A stretch of DNA of 63,802 bases, filler included, from Octopus bimaculoides (taxonomy: Eukaryota), in assembly GCF_001194135.2 (NCBI RefSeq). It is 6 parts of 5 records of this genome, joined end to end, with 100 filler letters (N's around TTAATTAATTAA, not from the genome) between each part and the next. Parts side by side here need not be neighbours in the genome. Positions count along the whole stretch, not along the records: positions 9,015 to 26,603 come from NC_068996.1; positions 26,704 to 33,618 come from NC_068997.1; positions 33,719 to 60,798 come from NC_068990.1; 3 more parts are not named here. One strand, given 5' to 3'. The stretch's first letter is position 1; each line of letters starts with the position of its first letter. The position numbers and the translations under genes are program-made. Below, one piece after another: positions 25,300-37,460 of this stretch. The notes under the pieces were generated by a model. That model was given only the letters and a program-made list of their open reading frames with translations. It was not told the origin of the DNA and ran no database searches.

Positions 25300-25903
25300 T
25301 TCATCGTTGTTGTTATATATATGTTTATTGCCTCAAGCTAAAAAAACTAATCTAAAAATTATAAAAATCTTGCAAATTTTATTCAAAATAGTCACTTAGT
25401 AATACCATATTAATTGTATGAAATATTGGAGTATTTATAATTCAGCGAGAAACCACCGACGTTAGGCTATTCCTAATACTGTTTAGATTATTTCGAACAC
25501 AGCTACTACATGAGAAAATCTCTAGAACGTTTTCAATTTTGTACATCATCATCGGTAAAACATGGACTCCACTTCACTTGCTTAAGTCGAAAGAGAAAAT
25601 TGCGAAGTACAAAAATGTGCGCTAATTGGTCGAGGCACAGAGAATAAATAGAGAATAAATAAATATTAGAGAATAAATATTTCAGAGATACAATCTGTTT
25701 GAAAAACAATATTTTGAATTAATGTTAATATGATGATAATTGTTCAAAATTTTAAAATATCCTTTAATGAGAAAGATTGCTTAAAACCTCACCATATGAT
25801 TGTTTGTAGCTATTTTCATGAGGTCTCCTAAACTGATTAAATATTTTAACATTATATTAATCATGAATAATTAACTTTAACTTGATTATCATAAATTGTG
25901 TGT

Positions 25904-25948
<45 letters not shown>

Positions 25949-26303
25949 TGTGTGTGGTCGGTGGGGGTGGCTTTTCTGATTTATTTACTTACATCAAGAT
26001 GAAATCTGTGATTCAGGAGGATGTCTTCGAAGAGATGTAACTCCATATAAAACATTATATAGAATGGATTTTTAAGCCTGTATTTAGTGACTTTGGCTCT
26101 TTATCGACTCCCTTAATCGAGTCTTCAAAAACCATTAACGACGTATTTTTATTGTTATTTTTACAAAAGATAGTAGTAACATCCACAATAACAATGATGA
26201 TAATGATAAAAATAATAATCATGATAATAATACTAATAATAATGATGATGATGATGATGATAATAATAATAATAACAATAATAATAATAATAATAATAAT
26301 AAC

Positions 26304-26334
<31 letters not shown>

Positions 26335-26335
<1 letters not shown>

Positions 26336-26603
26336 GAGGATCAGAAGAGAATGTTATCGCAGGGTGAGAGCAATACTGAAGACAGAGCTGAACGCGAGAA
26401 ACAGGATCGAAGCGATCAATGCTCTAGCCATACCAGTCGTGACTTACAGTTTCAACATCGTTAACTGGTCAATTACTGAAATATGTAATGTTGACAGAAA
26501 AATACGAAAACTGTTGACAATGCATAGAATGCACCACCCTAAGGCAGATATAGAACGTCTTTATCTGCCAAGAAAAGAGGGAGGTCGAGGACTACTACAG
26601 CTG
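26335..26603 (+). mobile_element. 5'-truncated R4/Dong-like fragment directly after an (ATA)n-type array
   Basis: RAILKTELNARNRIEAINALAIPVVTYSFNIVNW...LTMHRMHHPKADIERLYLPRKEGGRGLLQL, nearly identical to the ORF at 57843-57996 and following; cut by the assembly join. Confidence 0.9.
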
Positions 26604-26707
26604 NNNNNNNNNNNNNNNNNNNNNNNNNNNNNNNNNNNNNNNNNNNNTTAATTAATTAANNNNNNNNNNNNNNNNNNNNNNNNNNNNNNNNNNNNNNNNN
26701 NNNTATA

Positions 26708-27110
26708 TATAGGTGCAGGAGTGGCTATGTGGTAAGTAGCTTTCTTACCAACCACATTGTCCTGGGTTCAGTCCCACTGTGTAGCACCTTGGGCAAGTTT
26801 CTTCTACTATAGCTTCAGGCTGACCAAAGCCTAGTGGGTGGATTTGGTAGATGGAAACTAGATGAAGCCCGTTATATATGTATGTGTGTGTGTGTGTGAT
26901 ATGTTTGTGTCTGTGTTTGTCCCCCCAACATCGCTTGACAACTGATGCTGGTGTGTTTACGTCCTTGTAACTTAGCGGTTCAGCAAAAGAGACCAATAGA
27001 ATAAGTACTAGGCTTACAAAGAATAAACTCTGGGGTCAATTTGCTCAACTAAAGGCGGTGCTCCAGCATGACCACAGTCAAATGACTGAAACAAGTAAAA
27101 GAAAAGAAAA
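26708..27110 (+). mobile_element. SINE family A, full length
   Basis: Same head, core and tail as 4190-4596. Confidence 0.9.
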
Positions 27111-27160
27111 AGAAAAAGAAATATATATATATATATCATCATCATCATCATCATCATCAT

Positions 27161-29727
27161 TGTTTAACGTCTGTTTTCCATGCTGGTATGGGTTGGACAG
27201 TTTGACTGAGGTCTGGAGACCCATTGGCTGCATCAGTCTCCAATATGATCTGGCAATGTTTCTACAGCTGGATGCCCTTCCTAACGCCAAACACTCCGAG
27301 AGTATAGTGGGTGCTTTCTAAGTGCCACCAGCACAGGAACCAGTTGGGTAGGCCTGGCATCAATCACGTTTGGATAGTGCTTTTTACATGCCACCAGCAT
27401 GGGGGCCAGTCAGTAGGTACTGGCATCGGTCATGTTCAGATAGTGCTTTTTACATGCCACCAGCACAAGAACCAGTCAGGGGGTGCTGTAATTGGCCACG
27501 TTTGGTTGGTGCGTTTTACATGCCACCGGCACAGGAACCAGTCAGGTGAATCTGGCATTGACCATGTTCAGATGGTGCTTTTTACGTGCCACCAGCATGG
27601 GAGCCAGTCAGGAGGAACTGCCCACAGCTACGATATTGGTTTTACTTGACTCAGTAGGTCTTCTCAAGCATATATTGCCTGACACATCAGGGGTATTCTT
27701 AACGGCCGGACATGCGTGGCTGCGATTTCACTTTAGTGGCCACAACTACAATTTCACTTGATTCAACAGGTCTCCTCAAACACAGCGTATCACCCAACGA
27801 TTCAAGGTTACTTTTAGATGGGCTGGTTATGCTACATTAGTATCAGCCATGGCTGCGATCTCACTTTACTTGCTGGATCTTCTCAATTGCAGTATATCTC
27901 CAAAGGTCTTGGTCTCTAATCATTTCCTCTGTGGGGCCCAATGTTCGACGGTTGTGCCTCTCTGCCTCATCCCATATTTTCCTGGGTCTACCTCTTCCAC
28001 AGGTTCTTTCCACTGTTAGGGTGTAAGACTTCTTTAAACAGCTGTCCTCTTCTATATGCAGCACATGACCATACCTGCACAGTCATCTCCCTTGCATACC
28101 ACATCTGATGCTTCTTATATTCAACCTTTCTCTCAAGGTGCTTACACTCTGTTGTGTATGCACACTGACATTATGCATCCTGCGGATTATACTAACTTAA
28201 TTTCTTTCAGACCTACACAAGTCCTCAGTCATGGCCCATGTTCCACTGCCGCATAGCATTGTTCTTCACACACATACCTCATACAGTCTACCTTTCACTC
28301 TGAGCAAGAGGCCCTTTGTCACCAGCAGAGGTAGGAACTTTCTGAGCTTTGCCCAGGCTATTCTTACTCTAGTTGCTACACTCTCAGAGCAACCACCCCC
28401 ACCACAGACCTGATCACCTAGGTAGTGGAAGCTATTAACTACTTCTAGTTTCTCCCCTTGGCATCTGATGGAATCTTGTTTTCTGTACACCGTCAGTGTT
28501 TATTGCCCCAGTGCATCTGCCACACACAAAAACTATGTTCCCGGTTAGCTTTCCTTTGATATAGCATACACCGGGTACATCGTATGGAGTTTCTATCCAC
28601 GCCTTTTCTACAGATCAAGCAGAGTCATCTACCTGAAGGGAACTGTGATTTGACAGCCTTCCTACTTACTAAAACTTTGGTTTTTGCTAGGTTAACCCTA
28701 AGGCTCTTCGATTCTGGACCTTGCTTCCACACCCTAAACTTCATCTCCAGTTCTGGCAGTGACTCAGCTATTAGAGCAAGGTCATTAACATAGAGGAGCT
28801 CCCAGGGCAGCCTGTCTTGAATTTCTCTGTTATTGCCTGGAGGACTATAATGAATATAAAGGGGTTGAGGACTGATCCTTGGTGAACCCCTACTTCTACT
28901 CGGAATTCTTCACTATACTCATTGCCAACCCTCACCTTACTGACAGCATCCCTGTACAGGACTTGTACAGCTCTTACCAGCCTCTCATCTATCCTCAGTT
29001 TCCACATTGACCACCAAATAAGGGATCAGGGGACCCTGCCAAAGGCTTTCTCCAAGTCAACAAAAGCTAAGTACAGAGGTTTATCTTTGGCTAGGTATTT
29101 CTCAAGCAGTTGCCTTACCAGAAATATAGCATCAGTTGTGCTTCTACCTGGCACAAAACCAAACTGCATCTCATCTAGGCTAACTCTCTCCATAATTAGT
29201 TGGGCTATGACCCTCTCAGTAACTTTCATCACCTGATCCAATAATTTGATACCCCTGTAGTTATTTCTATGTAAAGCATCACCTTTCCCCTTGTAGCAGT
29301 TGACTACGGTGCTGCTACACCAGTCATTGGGCATGACTCCTTCATGAACTACTTGATTTATGATGCAAGTGATAAGACCATAACCCACACTGCCTGATAT
29401 TTTAAGCATCGCAGCTTTCCCTGTCTTCATATCCTTAATTGCTTTATCTCCCTGGGTACTGTCAATTCAGATAGCTGATCCCTCAATTGGGTCAACCTTT
29501 GGCAAACTCTCCTCCCATTCATTCTCCACATTCAGCAGTCTTTCATAATGGCTTCTCCAAGCCTCTTTCTTTGCAGAATCATTAAACACAAGGGCACCAT
29601 CATCCATGCAGATACATTTCTCTCCTATGACATCATAGTTTTCTCTCACACTCTAGCTTGCAATCTGAAATACTTCAGTTCTCTGGTCTTTAAGTCGCTG
29701 AACTTCTTTTCTGCTACTCCCTTGGCT
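27161..29727 (-). mobile_element. 5'-truncated RTE-clade LINE
   Basis: YKGKGDAL..NNYRGIKLL, QFGFVPGRSTTDAIF, AFVDLEKAF, GVHQGSVL.P, V..F.YLG, RGRGRPRK.W. The 3' UTR contains the GGATGCCCTTCC motif; (ATG)n tail at 27135-27160. Confidence 0.92.
27311..27640. repeat. Five 66-bp tandem units in the RTE 3' region
   Basis: GTGC(T/G)TTT..(A/G)TGCCACC(A/G)GCA recurs at 27311, 27377, 27443, 27509 and 27575. Confidence 0.9.
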
Positions 29728-29736
29728 ATATATATA

Positions 29737-30447
29737 TGAGGTCTGATCAATAAGTATCCGGACTGATGCCATAGTAATGAAGCTAAAGCATTCAGAGTAA
29801 AGCTGCATGGCACAAATTGACCTTGAACTCTGCTGTGCATGCACACTGAGTTTTAACATTCTATCGCACTTCTGCTGTTTACAGCAGTGCTTGGAAGGAA
29901 CATGTGTAGCGTTTGATCATTACATTCACCATGACAGAGAAAGTTGTCATGGTGATACCTGCTTAGAGGCCTACACAAAGTTGTAGAAAGTGTATGAGTG
30001 GTTCAGACATTTCCAAGGTGGCCCCCAAAAATGTCAATATTGACAAACATTCTGGAAGACCCATAACCAGCATAACTGAGAAAAACATCACAGATGTGCA
30101 TGCAGCTGTGAGAGGAAATTGTCAAATCACCATCCATGAGTTATCAGAGGATGTGCTGATTAGTTATAGTTCAGTTCAGTCCATTATCACTGAAGATTTG
30201 GTATGAGACACTTTTTGAAAACTTTGCATAGGCCTCTGAGCAGGTATTGTCATGGTCAATGCAATGATCCTACACTACACACCTTCCTTGCAAGTACTGC
30301 TGTAAACAGCAGATGTGAGCTAAAATGTTAAAACTTAGTGCGCATGCACAACAGAGTTCAAGGTCATTCTGTGCCAAGTGACTTCACCCTGCGTCCTTTA
30401 GCTTAGTTATTATAGCAACAGTTTGGAAACTTATTGATCAGACCATG
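29737..30447 (+). mobile_element. Mariner-derived non-autonomous element with ~200-bp inverted termini
   Basis: TA|tgaggtctgatcaataagtatccggact ... agtttggaaacttattgatcagaccatg|TA. The core encodes the HTH remnant VYEWFRHF...HSGRPITSITEKNI..V...TIHELS...SVQSIITEDL. Confidence 0.85.
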
Positions 30448-31509
30448 TAAATGTATGTGTATACACACACATACAGTGAAACAAACAAACTGATTAAAAA
30501 ATTGCACAGAAGGTAGCAATTTGAAAAATCACATGCAAGTGGTGGAGGAGGCTGGTGGTGGCATTGGCTTGTGTTGCTTGTACAAATTGCGTGTTTTGTT
30601 CCAGGTAAATGAGTGAAATTGCAGTTAGTTTCTTGCATTGAGAAAACTGGTATATTTTGGGGTATCAAGTGTTTATGGATTTTACTTTATTTAGAGTTGG
30701 CAGATTTATCATGGAGCTGTGTGGTATACATTGAAATTGAGATGGACAATGGTGGGAAGGAAGGCATGATAGTAGTAGTGGTTATGGTTGTAGTAGTAGT
30801 ATATTATGGCATTGATTGATGATGATGATGGGTCATTTGTAATATTCAGAGAAAATGATGAATGTGGATAGCCAGACAGTGAAGGGCTTTTCATTGTGGA
30901 GTTTAATAGGTCATCAATTGTGCTAGTTTTGAGGAGTGTCTATACTGTTGGTAATACTGTTGTTGTTGCTGCTGCTATAGCTATATATTCTTAATTTTGA
31001 TGTTGATGATGCTTTAGTTCAATAGTATATCTTTCTAGAGAATTCTTTTGAGAATTTTATGACCAGCTTCAGTAAACATTTTGGACTTTATTAAAAATTT
31101 ATATTTGTCCTTTGTTTTTGTTTTGAGAAAAAAATCTAACTTCAAGCAACATTTTACAGATCAATTTTTAGACATTATTTTCTAAACCTGGCAAAGTATG
31201 TAGGGGGTGCAAATTTTGAATTTGCACCACCTAAAACTTTTAGGGGATGCAAGTACACCACCTACACCCCTTGTTCCCAGGATTTGCTTGTGATCCTTTA
31301 CTTGATGGAGTGATGATAACTAATAATGGGCCTAGACCTGTGCCCTGAGGTATACAACTTATTACAGATGACTTAGCAGAGAGACAAGCATTTGCAGCAA
31401 CAGACTCCTACTGCATAGGCTAGAGTTCAGACTGCTTCAATAACAATAATATTATTATTTCAAATAATAATAATATTATAGTTTCCAAACTTTTTACACA
31501 GTTTGTAAC

Positions 31510-31875
31510 ATAGGCGCAGGAGTGGCTGTATGGTAAGTAGCTTGCTAACCAACCACATAGATCCAAGTTTCAGTCCCACTGCATGGTACCTTGGGCAAGT
31601 GTCTTCTTCTATAGCCTCAGGCTGACCAAAGCCTTGTGAGTGGGTTTGGGAGATGGAGACTGAAAGAAACCTGTTGTATATATGCGTGTGTATATGTTTG
31701 TGTGTCTGTGTTTGTCCCCCAACCATCACTTGACAACCAATGTTGGTGTGTTTACATCCCCGTAACTTAGCAGTTTGGCAAAAGAGACTGATAGGATAAG
31801 TACTAGGCTTATAAAAATAAGTCCTAGGGTTGATTTGTTTGACAAAATCAAATGACTGAAACAAATAAAATAAAA
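31510..31875 (+). mobile_element. SINE family A
   Basis: ataggcgcaggagtggctgtatggtaag ... aatgactgaaacaaataaaataaaa, with a small internal deletion. Confidence 0.88.
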
Positions 31876-32047
31876 AGATACAGTATAATAAATATTACAG
31901 CATTATATACTATGTATATCATATAATGTTATATGTATGATAAGGTTATATTTTATGCATATCATATTAGGTTATATTATGTATGTCATATTAGCTTTAC
32001 ACTCAGTGCCTAACATCTATTAATCTTTTACAGCAGTTTTTCTACAG

Positions 32048-32084
32048 ATGTCTATTCAGGTGAACACTATTGCTACAAAAGAAG
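32048..32084 (+). CDS. Candidate 37-nt exon of the SERT-like gene (EL4)
   Basis: CTAAC branch-like site at 32010, pyrimidine tract, ctacag|ATG TCT ATT CAG GTG AAC ACT ATT GCT ACA AAA GAA G|gtaaga. MSIQVNTIATKEG aligns without gaps to human SERT RNEDVSEVAKDAG and ends at the same phase-1 intron. It lies two artificial joins away from the other exons, and the intervening TM7 exon was not found. Confidence 0.5.
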
Positions 32085-32264
32085 GTAAGAAAATCATTAT
32101 TACATTTTCGAGATAATTTACTTGAAAATAGTTACATGTATATTGGTTTCAAATTTTGGCACAAGGCCAGCAATTTGGGGGAAGGGTGAGTGGATTATAT
32201 TGACCCTTAGTGCTCAATTGGTACTTCTGTTATTGACCTCAAAAGGAAAAATCAACCTCAGCGG

Positions 32265-33290
32265 CAGTGGTGGGCATAGTTCCACTAATGCGTTAACAAC
32301 TAATTAGCGAAGCTAACTTTTCATTTAGTGGATTAGCGTTTTGCTAATTTTGGAAACTGTTAGTAGACCAGTTAGCTTCTGCTAACTTTAAGTCTGCTAA
32401 TAAAATTCATATGTTCGTTCCTGTCTGTTGTGGGTGTGTTTTGAAGAGTCCATCAGGCACACTATTGGCTTACTATGTGTACATGGGACAAGACGTGATT
32501 GGCCGACACAGCAGCAGCTAGCTGAGCAGCATTGTGTAATTCTGCAGTTTTGAGTTGTGTTCACTTATGATGTTGTCACATTACAGACAGTCTTACACTG
32601 TCAGCAACAGCAGTGTACATTATCAGCTTATCAAGTTATCGCTTATCGTTATGAAAGGTGAAGACGTTTTTGTTCAGTCTGAGGATGAAGGGTCTGTTGG
32701 GGAGTCTACAATGGCTGTGGGTGAGGCAGAGATTGCTCAAGTTGAGAGCCAGGAGTTTCAGAACCCATAGCCCCACATGGAGGACTACTTTGTCCTTATG
32801 TCAAAGACTAATAAGAATGTCAAAATCCTGTACTCCTGGTGCGCGATGTGCCAGCCTGAGGATGCCACCATCAAGGGACAAGCAGTGAACCTCTACAAGT
32901 TGAAGTTGCATGTCACGAGGAAAGACACAATGCATGCCCATTCAGTTTGAGGAGACGATCAAGGCCAGTTCTTCCCATGGGAAACACAGGCAATTTTCTG
33001 GTAGCAGTGCCAGTAGCCAGTCATTACAACCATGTGCAAAGAAAGCATGCCACCCCAGCATTGGAGGGTGTGTTTGCCCAATCTGTTGGCACTGGCATCC
33101 GTCAGTTTATGGTGGACAGAAGTATTGTAGATCTGTTTGTTGACAACATGCTACTGCTGCACATAGTGGAGTCCACCTTGGTTGGCCTGATCAAGATGCT
33201 GAACTCCAGCAAGACATCGATGTCCCACCTCACTCTGGGTAGGATGATCTTGGACAGTCATAAACAGCTGGAGGAGTATCTTACATGGTA
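32265..33290 (+). mobile_element. hAT-like transposon 5' remnant with BED zinc-finger region
   Basis: Starts CAGTGGTGGGCA, followed by GCTAA/TTAGC subterminal motifs. P*PHMEDYF...C.MC.P....IK....NL..LK.HV.RK; then Q..VDRSIVDLFVDNML.L.IVES...LN....MS..TL.R.I. Confidence 0.7.
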
Positions 33291-33453
33291 TTTATAAATT
33301 AAAATTATACAAGATTATTAAATTACTATTATGGCGTACTTCATATTTTCTTAATTTAATTTAATTATTTAATTATTTGTTAAATAATTATTTTCTTAAT
33401 TAATGTAATAAAATGTATAATAGCTAATTGAAATAAATGTCATAATATATAAT

Positions 33454-33618
33454 ACTAGCAATATAACCCGACGTTGTCCGGGTGTGACTTATTACGCCAC
33501 CTACGATAAGTCTTGCTAGGTGAAAATCAACTAAAAAAGAAAGCCTTACAATGAAAAAAACCCATATGATGTAAATATGTTCATAATTCAAAAGACGAAA
33601 TTAATAGGGGAAGTCTGA
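33454..33618 (+). mobile_element. Possible Helentron/DINE-like non-autonomous element start
   Basis: ACTAGCaatataACCCGACGTTGTCCGGG start with a small hairpin; cut by the assembly join. Recognition is from memory only. Confidence 0.3.
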
Positions 33619-33718
33619 NNNNNNNNNNNNNNNNNNNNNNNNNNNNNNNNNNNNNNNNNNNNTTAATTAATTAANNNNNNNNNNNNNNNNNNNNNNNNNN
33701 NNNNNNNNNNNNNNNNNN

Positions 33719-33750
<32 letters not shown>

Positions 33751-33929
33751 GAGGAAATATATTAAATTTTAACATTAATAAAGAAACTTCTTAATGACAG
33801 ACAGGAACGTGTTATATTTTGTAAACACTCTTTAAAATATGTTTAGAAAATATAATTAAAGTGATTATGTGAAGGATTATATTGAATAATTATTTTATAT
33901 GTTACATATTTTATATTATGCATTATTCA

Positions 33930-33996
<67 letters not shown>

Positions 33997-34025
33997 TTAT
34001 CTATCTATCTAAATTATGAAATAGA

Positions 34026-36987
34026 GTCAAACGCAGGTGTTATTCAAATCGTTTATACTTCCAACAAATGTTTCGAAAAAGGCATTGAGATTATTCTGGA
34101 GGGAATAAAAATGATGTAAAACAATGCAATCATCTCGTCAGGGGAAAAAAAGGAACAAAACACATCAATAAGCCCTTTTAACCGAATCTGATCACCGCGT
34201 ATATAAGTATATGTTGTAAGGAGAACGCTAGCAAGTTATTTTTATAAAAACCTGTATAGATTTAACGTCAAAGACAAATTACAGAAAGAGGAGAAGAAAA
34301 AAATTTACAGAAAATTAAGAGTGGTAAATATGATGCGATAGATAAATGGGAATAAAGTTTCAAAGCGTAGAAACAGATATATGTAGTGGAAATGAAATGT
34401 AAGAAGACAGTTAAAGGTCGAATTTTATAAATTGGTATAAATTACTCATAGAAACCAAAGGTAATTTTTTTCCAATGTTTACAACGATAAACACATTCTT
34501 TAAACGCGTTTACAAGAGTATCATTCGACAAAAAGGATGAAAAACAGCAATTCAACAATAAACAACCTTCTAACGAACAAACTTCTGAATCCAGCAAATT
34601 GTTTAAATCTAAAAACAATCCTTCACCTAACCAAAGATTGAAACAATTTGAAGACGATCTCTGGACTATCGCGAAGAATGTGAAATTCCATCGTTCACTC
34701 TTAAGGAATAAACATCTGAGTTACCTTCACAATATCACCAAAGAAATTCACAAGATTGATGGGATACTTGTTCAATCTGATAAAACTCGAAACATATACA
34801 AACTTACCAAAGGTTACTATCTAGAATTGCTTAGGAAAGAAATACAAAAGAATTATGGAATTACTGGTAAAAGTGCTATCAGGAAAGCCAAGCTTGAGGC
34901 TAAGAAAATTATGGAAAAATATGACATACAAATGAAGACTGAACCTCTTGATCCTAAACAACCACGTTTTATTTTAAAAGACCACAAACTAAATATTTTA
35001 ACAACCCATCCTTACGACTTATTTGTCCTTCTAGCTCTGATATAGGTGTACTTAGTAAAAATATTCTAGATGAATATATTCCTTCGTTAGTTAAAAAATT
35101 AAAACTTAATTTATGATCTAATTCGTTCCAAGTGGTCGACTGGTTTAATTCTATTAATAATAAAAGTACAGTTCGACATTTCTAGTTACTACTCTTTTAT
35201 TAATCCAATTGTACTTAACAAATCACGCTGCTTTCCACACAACACAGCCAGTCTCACCCGGGATGAAATCAATGTGGTGTTAGCTACTAAAAAATCAATC
35301 ATTAAATTTAAAAATAAGTTATGGGTCCGTAAAGATACGCCTGATAGTTTTGATGTTACGATGGGGAGTTCTGATTCAGTACAATTGGCTGATTTGGTCG
35401 GTATATATATATATATATAATTTATGAAATGGCTGACCAATTCCCAAACATCAATGGAGGTTTATATTGTGATGATTGTCTCCTCTACCTTCAAAATGTT
35501 TCTGACTAAAAATTGCAAAGGATTAAAAATAGGTTGGTTAAATTTTTCGGAAACATGGACTTAAACATTATTTTCGATGATGATATAACGAAAGCCAACT
35601 TTTTAGATATTACCCATAACTTATATAATATTTCCCATACTATAAACCCTCAACTAATTAAAAATATATTAGCTATTTTCAGTAATCATCCAAAGACTAA
35701 TACAAGAAACTTAGAAATATTTCACTTAGACTTTCTAGATTATCTGCTAATGTTGATATCTTTAAAACGATAAAGTCGAATTTTATAACTCTTCCTTACG
35801 TAAAGCAGGTTTAAGAAAGAAGAATTACGTAAATTAACCCTATTGACATTAATTCTGCATCTATTAATCAGGACATGAAAACACATCATACGGTAATAAC
35901 AATATAAATTTTAGACCCGAATAATAACAATACATCGAAAAATGTATTCTTGCTGCGTAAAGTCTTTCAAACACCAAAAGACAGTTCCCCAAAGTGCCAC
36001 GCAGTGGGTCCGAACCCAGAGCCGTGTGGTTGGTGAACAAGCTACTTACCACACAACCATGTTCTTTATTTCCCTTCACACGTAATATAAATAAGTCTAG
36101 GACCTTTAAAGATAATTACCCAAATAACAAGGTTGGTTCTAGTAAAACAATTTGGTTGATCATTCCATTTGATAAGCAGATCAAATCCAACCTCCCTTAT
36201 CAGTTTCATGAAGCTACAGACAAAAGTTTTCCAATAAATTCCAGATACCATTCCATTATCAATTCACACAGAATTAGGATAGGTTTTTCAAACACCAAAA
36301 CCTTTCACAAATCATTTCTTCACATAGAAACCAAATTAATTTACTAATCCAAGAATTGTTGCGTTTATAGATGAGATGTATAAATGTAGAATAATGGTTA
36401 GGTATTCTTTTCGACAACTGAAACGAAAAGCTACCTATATAACAAAGAAACATCAGAACCGGAAGTAATTTTCTAGATTTTGAATTACTGATTCGAATTT
36501 ATATCAAAAATATTGATATTTTTGTTATTACTGTTCAAAGAATGGTTAGCGTTAATAATATCACTGTTATTATTTTCATTAAGTGGATTTGCATTTAATA
36601 ATTTTTGGTTATGGGAAGAGATGGTTAGCGAAAGGGTTTTGGTGTTTGAAAAACCGAATTTTATAATTCTGTCGTACGTAAAGTAGGCTATAAAGAAAAC
36701 ATTACGTAAATTAACTATACTGACATTAATTCTGCTTCTATTAATCAGGATTTGAAAACACATCATAACGGTAAATACGATATAAATTGTAGTTCGAATA
36801 ACAATAAATCGCAAAATGTTATTTGCAGCATAAGAGAGATAACCGTTCTTTATTTCCCTTTACACATAATAAAAATGAGTCTAGGACTTTTAAAGATAAT
36901 TACCCAAATAACAAGGTTGGTTCTAGTAAAACAATTTCGAAACATATGTTGGAAGTATAAACGATTTGAATAACACATGCGTTTGAC
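34026..36987 (+). mobile_element. Degenerate Penelope-like retroelement (PLE) with inverted termini
   Basis: Frameshifted RT: ...SDKTRNIYK...LKDHK...FDVTMGSSDS.QLADLVG...GLYCDDCL...FLDIT. C-terminal WxIIPF...FP...YHSIIN...IGFSN segment. 53-bp inverted repeat at 34026-34078 / 36935-36987 (2 mismatches). Interrupted by a SINE piece at about 35960-36060. Confidence 0.85.
34050..34147 (-). ncRNA. Decayed type I hammerhead-like motif in the inverted PLE terminus
   Basis: Minus strand: CUGACGA (34135-34141), 60-nt stem II region with GA/UC and GCAUUG/CAAUGC pairs, GAAAC-AUUU-GUU^GGAAG. The other terminus retains the palindromic version GAAAC-AUAU-GUU (36939-36950). Stem I has a mismatch. Confidence 0.45.
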
Positions 36988-37084
36988 CCATTTCTTAATT
37001 TATTCATGTTATACAAAAACGTTTCACCTAATCCTGGAATTTCTACCTTTAATATCTGTAATATCTTTGGCGTTTATTATTCTT

Positions 37085-37460
37085 TTATTCTTTTACTTGT
37101 TTCAGTCATTTGACTGTGGCCATGCTGGAGCACCACCTTTGTTCGAGTAAATCGACCCCAGGACTTATTCCTTTTAAGCCTAGTCCTTATCTACCGGGCC
37201 CTTTTGCTGAACCGCTAAGTTATGGGGACGTAAACACACCAGCATCAGTTGTCAAGCGACGTTGAGGGGATAAACACAGACACATACACATACATATACG
37301 TATATATACGACAGGCTTCTTTCAGTTTCCGTCTACCAAATCCACTCACAAGGTTTTGGTCGGCCCGAGGCCATAGTAGAAGACAGTTGCCCAAGGTTCC
37401 ACGCAGTGGGTCTGAATCCAGAACCATGTGGTTGATAAACAAGCTACTTATCACACAATC
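37085..37460 (-). mobile_element. SINE family A
   Basis: Reverse complement of the family A consensus seen at 4190-4596. Confidence 0.88.

Noticed and set aside
27311-27640. CRISPR-like array
   Set aside because: Contiguous diverged tandem units without unique spacers, inside a LINE, in an animal genome.
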